Shown: piece after piece, positions 11,801 through 25,400 of the stretch | Position numbering within the stretch: the first letter of the stretch is position 1 | Layout: each line of letters begins with the position of its first letter | Assembly (NCBI GenBank): GCA_964016885.1 | Contig: OZ024743.1 | Location: 139,500,001 to 139,564,000, forward strand | Direction: 5' to 3' | Source: Eledone cirrhosa | Lineage: Eukaryota | DNA length: 64,000 nt | Position numbers and translations under genes: made by a program | The notes under the pieces: model-generated | What the model saw: the letters and a program-made list of their open reading frames with translations, nothing else | Databases searched by the model: none | What the model was told of the DNA's origin: nothing

Positions 11801-14640
11801 TGCTTGGTGTTTGGTGCTTGGTGTTTGGTGTTTGGTTCTTGGTGCTTGGTGTTTGGTACTTGGTGCTTGGTGCTTGGTGTTTGGTGCTTGGTACTTGGTG
11901 TTTGGTGCTTGGTGTTTGGTGCTTGGTGCTTGGTGTTTGGTGCTTGGTGCTGGGTGGTTGGTGTTTGGTGCTTGGTGCTTGGTGTTTTGTGCTAGGTGCA
12001 TGGTGCCTGGTGTTTGGTGCTTGGTGCTTGGTGCTTGGTCTTTGGTGTTTGGTGTTTAGTGCTTGGTGCTTGGTGCTTGGTGCTTGGTGCTTGGTGCTTG
12101 GTCCTTGGTGTTTGGTGCTTGGTGCTTGGTGTTTGGTGTTTGGTGCTTGGTGCTTGGTGCTTTGTGTTTGGTGTTTGGTGCTTGGTGTCTGGAGCTTGGT
12201 GTTTGGTGTTTGGTGCTTGGTGTTTGGTGTTTGGTGCTAGGTGCTTGGTGTTTGGTGCTTGGTGCTTGGTGCTTGGTGTTTGGTGCTTGGTGCTTGGTGT
12301 TTGGTGCTTGGTGCTTTGTGTTTGGTGTTTGGTGATTAGTGTTTGGTGCTTGGTACTTGGTGTTTGGTGCTTGGTGTTTGGTGTTTGGTATTTGGTGTTT
12401 GGTGCTTGTTGCTTGGTGCTTGGTGCTTGGTGTTTGGTGCTTGGTGCTTGGTGTTTGGTGCTGGGTGCTTGGTGTTTGGTGCTTGGTGCTTGGTGCTTGG
12501 TGTTTGGTGTTTGGTGCTTGGTGCTTGGTGTTTGGTGTTTGGTGTTATATGCTTGGTGTTTGATGCTTGGTGCTTGGTGCTTGGTGTTTGGTGTTTGGTG
12601 CTTGGTGCTTGGTGCTTGGTGCTTGGTGTTTGGTGCTTGGTGTTTGGTGCTTGGTGTTTGGTGCTTGGTGCCTGGTGCTTGGTGCTTGGTGCTTGGTGTT
12701 TGTTGCTTGGTGTTTGGTGCTTGGTATTAGGTGTTTGGTGCTTGGTGCTTGGTGTTTGGTGTTTGGTGCTTGGTGTTTGGTGCTTGGTGTTTGGTGTTTG
12801 GTGCTTGGTGTTTGGTGCTTGGTACTTGGTGCTTGGTGCTTGGTGTTAGGTGTTTGGTGCTTGGTGCTTGGTGTTTGGTTTTTGGTGCTTGGTGCTTGGT
12901 GTTTGGTGTTTGGTGCTTGCTGCTGGCTGCTTGGTGTTTGGTGCTTGGTGATTGGTACTTGGTGTTTGGTGCTTGGTGTTTGGTGTTTGGTACTAGGTGC
13001 TTGGTGCTTGGTGTTTGGTGCTTGGTGCTTGGTGTTTGGTGTTTGGTGATTGGTGCTTGGTGTTTGGTGCTTGGTGCTGGGTTCTGGGTGGTTGGTGTTT
13101 GGTGCTTGGTGTTTGGTGCTGGGTGCTTGGTGTTTGGTGCTTGGTGCTTGGTCTTTGGTGTTTGGTGTTTGGTGTTTGGGGCTTGGTGCTTGGTGTTTGG
13201 TGCTTGGTGCTTGGTGTTTGGTGCTTGGTGCTTAGTGTTTGGTGCTAGGTGCTTGGGGTTTGGTGTTTGGTGCTTGGTGCTTGGTGTTTGGTGCTTGGTG
13301 CTTGGTGTTTGGTGTTTGGTGCTTGGTGCTTGGTGTTTGGTGTTTCCTGTTTGCTGTTTGGTGTTTGGTGTTTGCTGTTTGGTGTCTGCTTTTTGGTGTT
13401 TGGTGTTTGCTGTATGTTATTTGCTGTTTGGTGTTTGGTGTTTGGTGTTTGGTGCTTGGTGCTTGGTGTTTGGTGCTTGGTGCTTGGTGTTTGGTGCCTG
13501 GTGCTTGGGGCTTGGTGTTTGGTGTTTGGTGCTTGGTGCTTGGAGTTTGGTGTTTGGTGCTTGGTGCTTGGTGTTTTGTGTTTGGTGTTTGGTTTTTGGT
13601 GCTTGGTGCTTGGTGCTTGGTGCTTGGTCCTTGGTGTTTGGTGCTTGGTGCTTGGTGTTTGTACTTGGTGCTTGGTGCTTGGTGTTTGGTTCTTGGTTCT
13701 TGGTGTTTGGTACTTGGTGCTTGGTGCTTGGTGTTTGGTGCTTGGTGCTTGGTGTTTGGTGTTTGGTGTTTGGTGCTTGGTGCTTGGTGTTTGGTGCTTG
13801 GTGCTTGGTGCTGGGTGGTTGGTATTTGGTGCTTGGTGCTTGGTGTTTGGTGCTTGGTGCTTGGTGCTTGGCGTTTGGTGCTTGGTGCTTGGTGCTTGGT
13901 CTTTGGTGCTTGGTGTTTGGTGTTTGGTGCTTGGTGCTTTGTGTTTGGTGCTTGGTGATTAGTGTTTGGTGCTTGGTACTTGGTGTTTGGTGCTTGGTGT
14001 TTGGTGTTTGCTGTTTGGTGATTGGTGTTTGGTGTTTGCTGTTTGGTGTCTGCTTTTTGGTGTTTGGTGTTTGCTGTATGGTGTTTGCTGTTTCGTGTTT
14101 GGTGTTTGCTGTTTGGTGTTTGGTGTTTGCTGTTTGGTGTTTGGTCTTTGGTGCTTGGTGTTTGGTGCTTGGTGCTTGGTGTTTGGTGTTTGGTGCTTGG
14201 TGTTTGGTGTTTGGTGCTTGGTGCTTGGTGCTTGGTGTTTGGTGCTTGGTGTCTGGTGCTTGGTGTCTGGTGCTTGGTGTTTGGTGTTTGGTGTTTGGTG
14301 CTTGGTGTTTGGTGTTTGGTGTTTGGTGTTTGGTGCTTGTTGCTTGGTGCTTGGTGCTTGGTGTTTGGTGCTTGGTGCTTGGTGTTTGGTGCTGGGTGCT
14401 TGGTGTTTGGTGCTTGGTGCTTGGTGTTTGGTGTTTGGTGCTTGGTGCTTGGTGTTTGGTGTTTGGTGTTATATGCTTGGTGTTTGGTGCTTGGTGCTTG
14501 GTGTTTGGTGTTTGGTTCTTGATGCTTGGTATTTGGTGCTTGGTGCTTGCTGCTTGGTCTTTGGTGCTTGGTGATTGATGCTTGGTGTTTGGTGCTTGGT
14601 GCTTGGTGTTTGGTTTTTGGTGCTAGGTGCTTGGTGCTTG
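8830..14640. repeat. Three dispersed copies of a ~0.7-0.9 kb block (starts about 8833, 11128, 13962)
   Basis: Near-identical 202-aa translations at 8837, 11132 and 13966. Shared marker GGTTCTTGATGCTTGGTATTTGG followed by GTGATTGATGC. Confidence 0.85.
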
Positions 14641-17600
14641 GTGTTTGGTGCTTGGTGTTTGGTGTTTGGTGCTTGGTGCTTGGTGTTTGGTACTTGGTGC
14701 TTGGTTCTTGGTGTTTTGTGCTAGGTGCATGGTGCCTGGTGTTTGGTGCTTGGTGCTTGGTGCTTGGTCTTTGGTGTTTGGTGTTTAGTGCTTGGTGCTT
14801 GGTGCTTGGTGCTTGGTGCTTGGTGCTTGGTCCTTGGTGTTTGGTGCTTGGTGCTTGGTGTTTGGTGTTTGGTGTTTGGTGCTTGGTGCTTGGTGTTTGG
14901 TGCTTGGTGCTGGGTGGTTGGTGTTTGGTGCTTGGTGCTTGGTGTTTTGTGCTAGGTGCATGGTGCCTGGTGTTTGGTGCTTGGTGCTTGGTGCTTGGTC
15001 TTTGGTGTTTGGTGTTTAGTGCTTGGTGCTTGGTGCTTGGTGCTTGGTGCTTGGTGCTTGGTCCTTGGTGTTTGGTGCTTGGTGCTTGGTGTTTGGTGTT
15101 TGGTGCTTGGTGCTTGGTGCTTCGTGTTTGGTGTTTGGTGCTTGGTGTCTGGAGCTTGGTGTTTGGTGTTTGGTGCTTGGTGTTTGGTGTTTGGTGCTTG
15201 GTGCTTGGTGTTTGGTGCTTGGTGCTTGGTGTTTGTACTTGGTGCTTGGTGCTTGGTGTTTGGTGCTTGGTTCTTGGTGTTTGGTGCTTGGTGTTTGGAG
15301 CTTGGTGCTTGGTGTTTGGTGCTTGGTGCTTGGTGTTTGTACTTGGTGCTTGGTGCTTGGTGTTTGGTGCTTGGTTCTTGGTGTTTGGTGCTTGGTGTTT
15401 GGAGCTTGGTGCTTGGTGTTTGGTGCTTGCTGCTTGGTGTTTGGTGTTTGGTGCTTGGTGCTTGGTGTTTGGTGTTTGGTGCTTGGTGTTTGGTGTTTGG
15501 TGCTTGGTGCTAGGTGTTTGTTGCTTGGTACTTGGTGCATGGTGTTTGGTGCTGGGTGCTTGGTGTTTTGTGCTTGGTTCTTGGTGTTTGGTGTTTGGTG
15601 CTTGGTACTTGGTGTCTGGAGCTTGGTGTTTGGTGTTTGGTGCTTGGTGTTTGGTGCTTGGTGCTTGGTGTTTGGTGTTTGGTGTTTGATGCTTGGTGTT
15701 TTATGCTTGGTGCTTGGTGTTTGGTGCTTGGTGTTTGTATTTGGTGCTTGGTGCTTGGTGCTTTGTGCTTGGTTCTTGGTGTTTGGTGTTTGGTGCTTGG
15801 TACTTGGTGCTTGGTGTTAGGTGTTTGGTGCTTGGTGCTTGGTGTTTGGTGTTTGGTCCTTGGTGCTTGGTGCTTGGTGTTTAGTGCTTGGTGCTTGGTG
15901 TTTGTTGTTTGGTGCTTTCTGTTTGCTGCTTGGTGTTTGCTGCTTGGTGCTTGGTGCTTGGTGTTTGGTGTTTGGTGCTAGGTGCTTGGTGTTTGGTGTT
16001 TGGTGTTTGATGCTTGGTGTTTGGTGCTTGGTGTTTGGTGCTTGGTGCCTGGGGCTTGGTGTTTGGTGCTTGGTGCTTGGTGCTTGGTGTTTGGTGCTTG
16101 GTGCTTGGTGTTTGGTGTTTGGTGTTTGGTGCTTGGTGCTTGGGGTTTGGTGCTTGGTGCTTGGTGCTGGGTGGTTGGTATTTGGTGCTTGGTGCTTGGT
16201 GTTTGGTGCTTGGTGCTTGGTGCTTGGTGTTTGGTGCTTGGTGCTTGGTGCTTGATCTTTGGTGCTTGGTGTTTGGTGTTTGGTGCTTGGTGCTTTGTGT
16301 TTGGTGCTTGGTGATTAGTGTTTGGTGCTTGGTACTTGGTGTTTGGTGCTTGGTGTTTGGTGTTTGCTGTTTGGTGTTTGGTGTTTGGTGTTTGCTGTTT
16401 GGTGTCTGCTTTTTGGTGTTTGGTGTTTGCTGTATGGTGTTTGCTGTTTCGTGTTTGGTGTTTGCTGTTTGGTGTTTGGTGTTTGCTGTTTGGTGTTTGG
16501 TCTTTGGTGCTTGGTGTTTGGTGCTTGGTGCTTGGTGTTTGGTGTTTGGTGCTTGGTGCTTGGTGCTTGGTGTTTGGTGCTTGGTGTCTGGTGCTTGGTG
16601 TCTGGTGCTTGGTGTTTGGTGTTTGGTGTTTGGTGCTTGGTGTTTGGTGTTTGGTGTTTGGTGTTTGGTGCTTGTTGCTTGGTGCTTGGTGCTTGGTGTT
16701 TGGTGCTTGGTGCTTGGTGTTTGGTGCTGGGTGCTTGGTGTTTGGTGCTTGGTGCTTGGTGCTTGGTGTTTGGTGTTTGGTGCTTGGTGCTTGGTGTTTG
16801 GTGTTTGGTGTTATATGCTTGGTGTTTGATGCTTGGTGCTTGGTGCTTGGTGTTTGGTGTTTGGTGCTTGGTGTTTTATGCTTGGTGTTTGATGTTTGGT
16901 GCTTTGTGCTTGGTGTTTGGTGCTTGGTGCTTGGTGTTTGTACTTGGTGCTTGGTGCTTGGTCCTTGGTGTTTGGTGCTTGGTGCTTGGTGCTTGGTGCT
17001 TGGTGTTTGGTGCTTGGGGTTTGGTGCTTGGTGTTCGGTGCTTGCTGCCTGGTGCTTGGTGCTTGGTGCTTGGTGTTTGGTGCTTGGTGTTTGGTGCTTG
17101 GTATTAGGTGTTTGGTGCTTGGTGCTTGGTGTTTGGTGTTTGGTGCTTGGTGTTTGGTGCTTGGTGTTTGGTGTTTGGTGCTTGGTGTTTGGTGCTTGGT
17201 ACTTGGTGCTTGGTGCTTGGTGTTAGGTGTTTCGTGCTTGGTGTTTGGTGTTTGGTTTTTGGTGCTTGGTGCTTGGTGTTTGGTGTTTGGTGCTTGCTGC
17301 TGGCTGCTTGGTGTTTGGTGCTTGGTGATTGGTGCTTGGTGTTTGGTGCTTGGTGTTTGGTGTTTGGTAATAGGTGCTTGGTGCTTGGTGTTTGGTGCTT
17401 GGTGCTTGGTGTTTGGTGTTTGGTGCTTGGTGCTTGGTGTTTGGTGCTTGGTGCTGGGTTCTGGGTGGTTGGTGTTTGGTGCTTGGTGTTTGGTGCTGGG
17501 TGCTTGGTGTTTGGTGCTTGGTGCTTGGTCTTTGGTGTTTGGTGTTTGGTGTTTGGGGCTTGGTGCTTGGTGCTTGGTGCTTAGTGTTTGGTGCTAGGTG

Positions 17601-19499
17601 CTTGGGGTTTGGTGTTTGGTGCTTGGTGCTTGGTGTTTGGTGCTTGGTGCTTGGTGTTTGGTGTTTGGTGCTTGGTGCTTGGTGTTTGGTGTTTCCTGTT
17701 TGCTGTTTGGTGTTTGGTGTTTGGTGTTTGCTGTTTGGTGTCTGCTTTTTGGTGTTTGGTGTTTGCTGTATGTTATTTGCTGTTTGGTGTTTGGTGTTTG
17801 GTGTTTGGTGCTTGGTGCTTGGTGTTTGGTGCTTGGTGCTTGGTGTTTGGTGCCTGGTGCTTGGGGCTTGGTGTTTGGTGTTTGGTGCTTGGTGCTTGGA
17901 GTTTGGTGTTTGGTGCTTGGTGCTTGGTGTTTTGTGTTTGGTGTTTGGTTTTTGGTGCTTGGTGCTTGGTGCTTGGTGCTTGGTCCTTGGTGTTTGGTGC
18001 TTGGTGCTTGGTGTTTGTACTTGGTGCTTGGTGCTTGGTGTTTGGTTCTTGGTTCTTGGTGTTTGGTACTTGGTGCTTGGTGCTTGGTGCTTGGTGTTTG
18101 GTGTTTGGTGCTTGGTGTTTGGTGCTTGGTGCTTGGTGCTTGGTGTTAGGTGTTTGGTGCTTGGTGCTTGGTGTTTGGTGCTTGGTGTTTGGTGTTTGCT
18201 GTTTGCTGTTTGGTGTTTGGTGTTTGGTGTTTGGTGTTTGCTGTTTGGTGTTTGGTGTTTGGTGTTTGGTGTTTGCTGTATGGTGTTTGCTGTTTCGTGT
18301 TTGGTGTTTGCTGTTTTCTGTTTGGTGTTTGCTGTTTGGTGTTTGGTCTTTGGTGCTTGGTGTTTGGTGCTTGGTGCTTGGTGTTTGGTGTTTGGTGCTT
18401 GGTGCTTGGTGCTTCGTGTTTGGTGTTTGGTGCTTGGTGTCTGGAGCTTGGTGTTTGGTGTTTGGTGCTTGGTGTTTGGTGTTTGGTGCTTGGTGCTTGG
18501 TGTTTGGTGCTTGGTGCTTGGTGTTTGTACTTGGTGCTTGGTGCTTGGTGTTTGGTGCTTGTTTCTTGGTGTTTGGTGCTTGGTGTTTGGTGCTTGGTGC
18601 TTGGTGTTTGGTGCTTGGTGCTTGGTGCTTGGTGCTTGGTGTTAGGTGTTTGGTGCTTGGTGCTTGGTGTTTGGTGTTTGGTTCTTGGTGCTTGGTATTT
18701 GGTGCTTGGTGCTTGCTGCTTGGTGTTTGGTGCTTGGTGATTGATGCTTGGTGTTTGGTGCTTGGTGCTTGGTGTTTGGTTTTTGGTGCTAGGTGCTTGG
18801 TGCTTGGTGTTTGGTGCTTGGTGTTTGGTGTTTGGTGCTTGGTGCTTGGTGTTTGGTACTTGGTGCTTGGCACTTGGTGTTTGGTGCTTGGTGCTTGGTG
18901 TTTGGTGTTTGGTGTTTAGTGCTTGGTGCTTGGTGCTTGGTGCTTGGTGCTTGGTGTCTGGAGCTTGGTGTTTGGTGTTTGGTGCTTGGTGTTTGGTATT
19001 TGGTGCTTGGTGCTTGGTGTTTGTTGCTTGGTGCTTGGTGTTTGTACTTGGTGTTTGGTGCTTGGTGTTTGGTGCTTGGTTCTTGGTGTTTGGTGCTTGG
19101 TGTTTGGAGCTTGGTGCTTGGTGTTTGGTGCTTGGTGCTTGGTGTTTGTACTTGGTGCTTGGTGCTTGGTGTTTGGTGCTTGGTTCTTGGTGTTTGGTGC
19201 TTGGTGTTTGGAGCTTGGTGCTTGGTGTTTGGTGCTTGGTGCTTGGTGTTTGGTGTTTGGTGCTTGGTGCTAGGTGTTTGGTGCTTGGTGCTTGGTGTTT
19301 GGTGTTTGGTTCTTGGTGCTTGGTATTTTGTGCTTTGTGCTTGCTGCTTGGTGTTTGGTGCTTGGTGATTGATGCTTGGTGTTTGGTGCTTGGTGCTTGG
19401 TGTTTGGTTTTTGGTGCTAGGTGCTTGGTGCTTGGTGTTTGGTGCTTGGTGTTTGGTGTTTGGTGCTTGGTGCTTGGGGCTTGGTGTTTGGTACTTGGT

Positions 19500-22400
19500 G
19501 CTTGGTGCTTGGTGTTTGGTGCTTGGTGCTTGGTGTTTGGTGTTTGCTGCTTGGTGTTTGGTGCTTGGTGCCTGGTGCTTGTTGTTTGGTGCTTGGTGTT
19601 TGGTGTTTGGTGTTTGGTACTTGTTGTTTGGTGCTTGGTGTTTGGTGTTTGGTGCTTGGTGCTTGGTGTTTGGTGTTTGATGCTTGGTGCTTGGTGCTTG
19701 GTGTTTGGTGTTTGCTGCTTGGTGTCTGGTGCTTGGTGCTGGGTGCTTGGTGTTTGGTGCTTGGTGATTGGTGCTTGGTCTTTGGTGCTGGGTGCTTGGT
19801 GTTTGGTGTTTGATGCTTGGTGTTTGATGCTTGGTGCTTGGTGCTTGGTGTTTGGTGCTTGATGCTTGGTGTTTGTACTTTGTGCTTGGTGCTTGGTGTT
19901 TTGTGCTTGGTTCTTGGTGTTTGGTGCTTGGTGTTTGGTGCTTGGTGCTTGGTGTTTGGTGCTTGGTGCTTGGTGCTTGGTGCTTGGTGTTAGGTGTTTG
20001 GTGCTTGGTGCTTGGTGTTTGGTGCTTGGTTCTTGGTGCTTGGTATTTGGTGCTTGGTGCTTGCTGCTTGGTGTTTGGTGCTTGGTGATTGATGCTTGGT
20101 GTTTGGTGCTTGGTGCTTGGTGTTTGGTTTTTGGTGCTAGGTGCTTGGTGCTTGGTGTTTGGTGCTTGGTGTTTGGTGTTTGGTGCTTGGTGCTTGGTGT
20201 TTGGTACTTGGTGCTTGGCACTTGGTGTTTGGTGCTTGGTGCTTGGTGTTTGGTGTTTGGTGTTTGGTGCTTGGTGCTTGGTGTTTGGTGCTGGGTGCTT
20301 GGTGCTGGGTGGTTGGTGTTTGGTGCTTGGTGCTTGGTGTTTGGTGCTAGGTGCATGGTGCTTGGTGTTTGGTGCTTGGTGCTTGGTGCTTGGTCTTTGG
20401 TGTTTGGTGTTTAGTGCTTGGTGCTTGGTGCTTGGTGCTTGGTGCTTGGTGCTTGGTCCTTGGTGTTTGGTGCTTGGTGCTTGGTGTTTGGTGTTTGGTG
20501 CTTGGTGCTTGGTGCTTCGTGTTTGGTGTTTGGTGCTTGGTGTCTGGAGCTTGGTGTTTGGTGTTTGGTGCTTGGTGTTTGGTGTTTGGTGCTTGGTGCT
20601 TGGTGTTTGTTGCTTGGTGCTTGGTGTTTGTACTTGGTGTTTGGTGCTTGGTGTTTGGTGCTTGGTTCTTGGTGTTTGGTGCTTGGTGTTTGGAGCTTGG
20701 TGCTTGGTGTTTGGTGCTTGGTGCTTGGTGTTTGTTGCTTGGTGCTTGGTGTTTGTACTTGGTGTTTGGTGCTTGGTGTTTGGTGCTTGGTTCTTGGTGT
20801 TTGGTGCTTGGTGTTTGGAGCTTGGTGCTTGGTGTTTGGTGCTTGGTGCTTGGTGTTTGTACTTGGTGCTTGGTGCTTGGTGTTTGGTGCTTGGTTCTTG
20901 GTGTTTGGTGCTTGGTGTTTGGAGCTTGGTGCTTGGTGTTTGGTGCTTGGTGCTTGGTGTTTGGTGTTTGGTGCTTGGTGCTAGGTGTTTGGTGCTTGGT
21001 GCTTGGTGTTTGGTGTTTGGTTCTTGGTGCTTGGTATTTTGTGCTTTGTGCTTGCTGCTTGGTGTTTGGTGCTTGGTGATTGATGCTTGGTGTTTGGTGC
21101 TCGGTGCTTGGTGTTTGGTTTTTGGTGCTAGGTGCTTGGTGCTTGGTGTTTGGTGCTTGGTGTTTGGTGTTTGGTGCTTGGTGCTTGGGGCTTGGTGTTT
21201 GGTACTTGGTGCTTGGTGCTTGGTGTTTGGTGCTTGGTGCTTGGTGTTTGGTGTTTGGTGTTTGGTGCTTGGTGCTTGGTGTTTGGTGCTTGGTGCTTGG
21301 TGCTGGGTGGTTGGTGTTTGGTGCTTGGTGCTTGGTGTTTGGTGCTTGGTGCATGGTGCTTGGTGTTTGGTGCTTGGTGCTTGGTGCTTGGTCTTTGGTG
21401 TTTGGTGTTTAGTGCTTGGTGCTTGGTGCTTGGTGCTTGGTGCATTGTGATTAGTGTTTGGTGGTTGGTCCTTGGGGTTTGGTGTTTGGTGCTTGGTGCT
21501 TGGTGTTTGGTGCTGGGTACTTGGTGTTTGGTGCTTGGTGTTTGCTGTTTGCTGTTTGGTATTTTTGGTGTTTGCTGTTTGCTGTTTGGTGTCTGCTTTT
21601 TGGTGTTTGGTGTTTGCTCTATGGTGTTTGCTGTTTCATGTTTGGTGTTTGCTGTTTGGTGTTTGGTGTTTGCTGTTTGGTGTTTGGTCTTTGGTGCTTG
21701 GTGTTTGGTGTTTGGTGCTTGGTGCTTGGTGCTTGGTGTTTGGTGTTTGGTGTTTGGTGCTTGGTGCCTGGTGCTTGTAGTTTGGTGATTGGTGCTTGGT
21801 GTTTGCTGTTTGGTGTTTGGTGTTTGGTGTTTGCTGTTTGGTGTTTGGTGCTTGGTGCTTGGTGCTTGGTGTTTGGTGCTTGGTGCTTGGTGTTTGGTGT
21901 TTGGTGCTTGGTGTTTGGTGCTTGGTGCCTGGTGCTTGTTGTTTGGTGCTTGGTGTTTGGTGTTTGGTGTTTGGTGCTTGTTGTTTGGTGCTTGGTGTTT
22001 GGTGTTTGGTGCTTGGTGCTTGGTGTTTGGTGTTTGATGCTTGGTGCTTGGTGCTTGGTGTTTGGTGTTTGCTGCTTGGTGTCTGGTGCTTGGTGCTGGG
22101 TGCTTGGTGTTTGGTGCTTGGTGATTGGTGCTTGGTCTTTGGTGCTGGGTGCTTGGTGTTTGGTGTTTGATGCTTGGTGTTTGATGCTTGGTGCTTGGTG
22201 CTTGGTGTTTGGTGCTTGATGCTTGGTGTTTGTACTTTGTGCTTGGTGCTTGGTGTTTTGTGCTTGGTTCTTGGTGTTTGGTGCTTGGTGTTTGGTGCTT
22301 GGTGCTTGGTGTTTGGTGCTTGGTGCTTGGTGCTTGGTGCTTGGTGTTAGGTGTTTGGTGCTTGGTGCTTGGTGTTTGGTGTTTGGTTCTTGGTGCTTGG

Positions 22401-25400
22401 TATTTGGTGCTTGGTGCTTGCTGCTTGGTGTTTGGTGCTTGGTGATTGATGCTTGGTGTTTGGTGCTTGGTGCTTGGTGTTTGGTTTTTGGTGCTAGGTG
22501 CTTGGTGCTTGGTGTTTGGTGCTTGGTGTTTGGTGTTTGGTGCTTGGTGTTTGGTGCTTGGTGTTTGGTGCTTGGCACTTGGGGTTTGGTGTTTGGTGCT
22601 TGGTGCTTGGTGCTTGGTGTTTGGTGCTTGGTGCTTGGTGTTTGGTGTTTGGTGCTTGGTGTTTGGTGCTTGGTGCTTGGTGCTGGGTGATTGGTGTTTG
22701 GTGCTTGGTGCTTGGTGTTTGGTGTTTGGTGCTTGGTGCTTGGTGCTTGGTGTTTGGTGCTTGGTGCTTGGTGCTTGGTGCTTGGTGTTTGGTGTTTGGT
22801 GTTTGGTGCTTGGTGCTTGGTGTTTGGTGCTTGGTGCTTGGTGTTTGGTGTTTGGTGTTTGGTGCTTGGTGCTTGGTGTTTGGTGCTGGGTGCTTGGTGC
22901 TGGGTGGTTGGTGTTTGGTGCTTGGTGCTTGGTGTTTGGTGCTAGGTGCATGGTGCTTGGTGTTTGGTGCTTGGTGCTTGGTGCTTGGTCTTCGGTGTTT
23001 GGTGTTTAGTGCTTGGTGCTTGGTGCTTGGTGCTTGGTGCTTGGTGCTTGGTCCTTGGTGTTTGGTGCTTGGTGCTTGGTGTTTGGTGTTTGGTGCTTGG
23101 TGCTTGGTGCTTCGTGTTTGGTGTTTGGTGCTTGGTGTCTGGAGCTTGGTGTTTGGTGTTTGGTGCTTGGTGTTTGGTGTTTGGTGCTTGGTGCTTGGTG
23201 TTTGTTGCTTGGTGCTTGGTGTTTGTACTTGGTCTTTGGTGCTTGGTGTTTGGTGCTTGGTTCTTGGTGTTTGGTGCTTGGTGTTTGGAGCTTGGTGCTT
23301 GGTGTTTGGTGCTTGGTGCTTGGTGTTTGTACTTGGTGCTTGGTGCTTGGTGTTTGGTGCTTGGTTCTTGGTGTTTGGTGCTTGGTGTTTGGAGCTTGAT
23401 GCTTGGTGTTTGGTGCTTGGTGCTTGGTGTTTGGTGTTTGGTGCTTGGTGCTAGGTGTTTGGTGCTTGGTGCTTGGTGTTTGGTGTTTGGTTCTTGGTGC
23501 TTGGTATTTTGTGCTTTGTGCTTGCTGCTTGGTGTTTGGTGCTTGGTGATTGATGCTTGGTGTTTGGTGCTTGGTGCTTGGTGTTTGTTTTTGGTGCTAG
23601 GTGCTTGGTGCTTGGTGTTTGGTGCTTGGTGTTTGGTGTTTGGTGCTTGGTGCTTGGGGCTTGGTGTTTGGTACTTGGTGCTTGGTGCTTGGTGTTTGGT
23701 GCTTGGTGCTTGGTGTTTGGTGTTTGGTGTTTGGTGCTTGGTGCTTGGTGTTTGGTGCTTGGTGCTTGGTGCTGGGTGGTTGGTGTTTGGTGCTTGGTGC
23801 TTGGTGTTTGGTGCTTGGTGCATGGTGCTTGGTGTTTGGTGCTTGGTGCTTGGTGCTTGGTCTTTGGTGTTTGGTGTTTAGTGCTTGGTGCTTGGTGCTT
23901 GGTGCTTGGTGCATTGTGATTAGTGTTTGGTGGTTGGTCCTTGGGGTTTGGTGTTTGGTGCTTGGTGCTTGGTGTTTGGTGCTGGGTACTTGGTGTTTGG
24001 TGCTTGGTGTTTGCTGTTTGCTGTTTGGTGTTTTTGGTGTTTGCTGTTTGCTGTTTGGTGTCTGCTTTTTGGTGTTTGGTGTTTGCTCTATGGTGTTTGC
24101 TGTTTCATGTTTGGTGTTTGCTGTTTGGTGTTTGGTGTTTGCTGTTTGGTGTTTGGTCTTTGGTGCTTGGTGTTTGGTGTTTGGTGCTTGGTGCTTGGTG
24201 CTTGGTGTTTCGTGTTTGGTGTTTGGTGCTTGGTGCCTGGTGCTTGTAGTTTGGTGATTGGTGCTTGGTGTTTGCTGTTTGGTGTTTGGTGTTTGGTGTT
24301 TGCTGTTTGGTGTTTGGTGCTTGGTGCTTGGTGCTTGGTGTTTGGTGCTTGGTGCTTGGTGTTTGGTGTTTGGTGCTTGGTGTTTGGTGCTTGGTGCCTG
24401 GTGCTTGTTGTTTGGAGCTTGGTGTTTGGTGTTTGGTGTTTGGTGCTTGTTGTTTGGTGCTTGGTGTTTGGTGTTTGGTGCTTGGTGCTTGGTGTTTGGT
24501 GTTTGATGCTTGGTGCTTGGTGCTTGGTGTTTGGTGTTTGCTGCTTGGTGTCTGGTGCTTGGTGCTGGGTGCTTGGTGTTTGGTGCTTGGTGATTGGTGA
24601 TTGGTCTTTGGTGCTGGGTGCTTGGTGTTTTGTGTTTGATGCTTGGTGTTTAATGCTTGGTGCTTGGTGCTTGGTGTTTGGTGCTTGATGCTTGGTGTTT
24701 GTACTTTGTGCTTGGTGCTTGGTGTTTTGTGCTTGGTTCTTGGTGTTTGGTGCTTGGTGTTTCGTGCTTGGTGCTTGGTGTTTGGTGCTTGGTGCTTGGT
24801 GTTTGGTGCTTGGTGTTTGGTGCTTGGTGTTTGGTGCTTGGTGTTAGGTGTTTGGTGCTTGGTGTTTGGTGTTTGGTGCTTCATGCTTGGTGCTTGGTGT
24901 TTGGTGCTTGGTGCTTGGTGTTTGGTGCTTGGTGCCTGGTGCATGGTGTTTGGTGCTTGATGCTTGGTGATTGGTGTTTGCTGTTAGGTGTTTGGTGCTT
25001 GGTGCTTGGTGTTTGGTCCTTGGTGCTTGGTGTTTGGTGTTTGGTGCCTGGTGATTGTTGGTTGGTGTTTGGTTCTTGGTGCTTGGTATTTGGTGCTTGG
25101 TGCTTGCTGCTTGGTGTTTGGTGCTTGGTGATTGATGCTTGGTGTTTGGTGCTTGGTGCTTGGTGTTTGGTTTTTGGTGCTAGGTGCTTGGTGCTTGGTG
25201 TTTGGTGCTTGGTGTTTGGTGTTTGGTGCTTGGTGTTTGGTGCTTGGTGTTTGGTGCTTGGCACTTGGGGTTTGGTGTTTGGTGCTTGGTGCTTGGTGCT
25301 TGGTGTTTGGTGCTTGGTGCTTGGTGTTTGGTGTTTGGTGCTTGGTGTTTGGTGCTTGGTGCTTGGTGCTGGGTGATTGGTGTTTGGTGCTTGGTGCTTG

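Larger units (their letters stand above)
1..18150. repeat. Zone I: irregular higher-order repeat with about four copies of a 4.4-6.5 kb super-unit
   Basis: An ordered marker series (GGTATTAGGTG, CTGCTGGCTGC, GGGTTCTGGGTGG, TTTCCTGTTT) recurs starting near 1200, 7665, 12725 and 17100. Matching ORF starts at 1207/7672/12731/17108 give spacings of 6465, 5059 and 4377. Confidence 0.8.
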
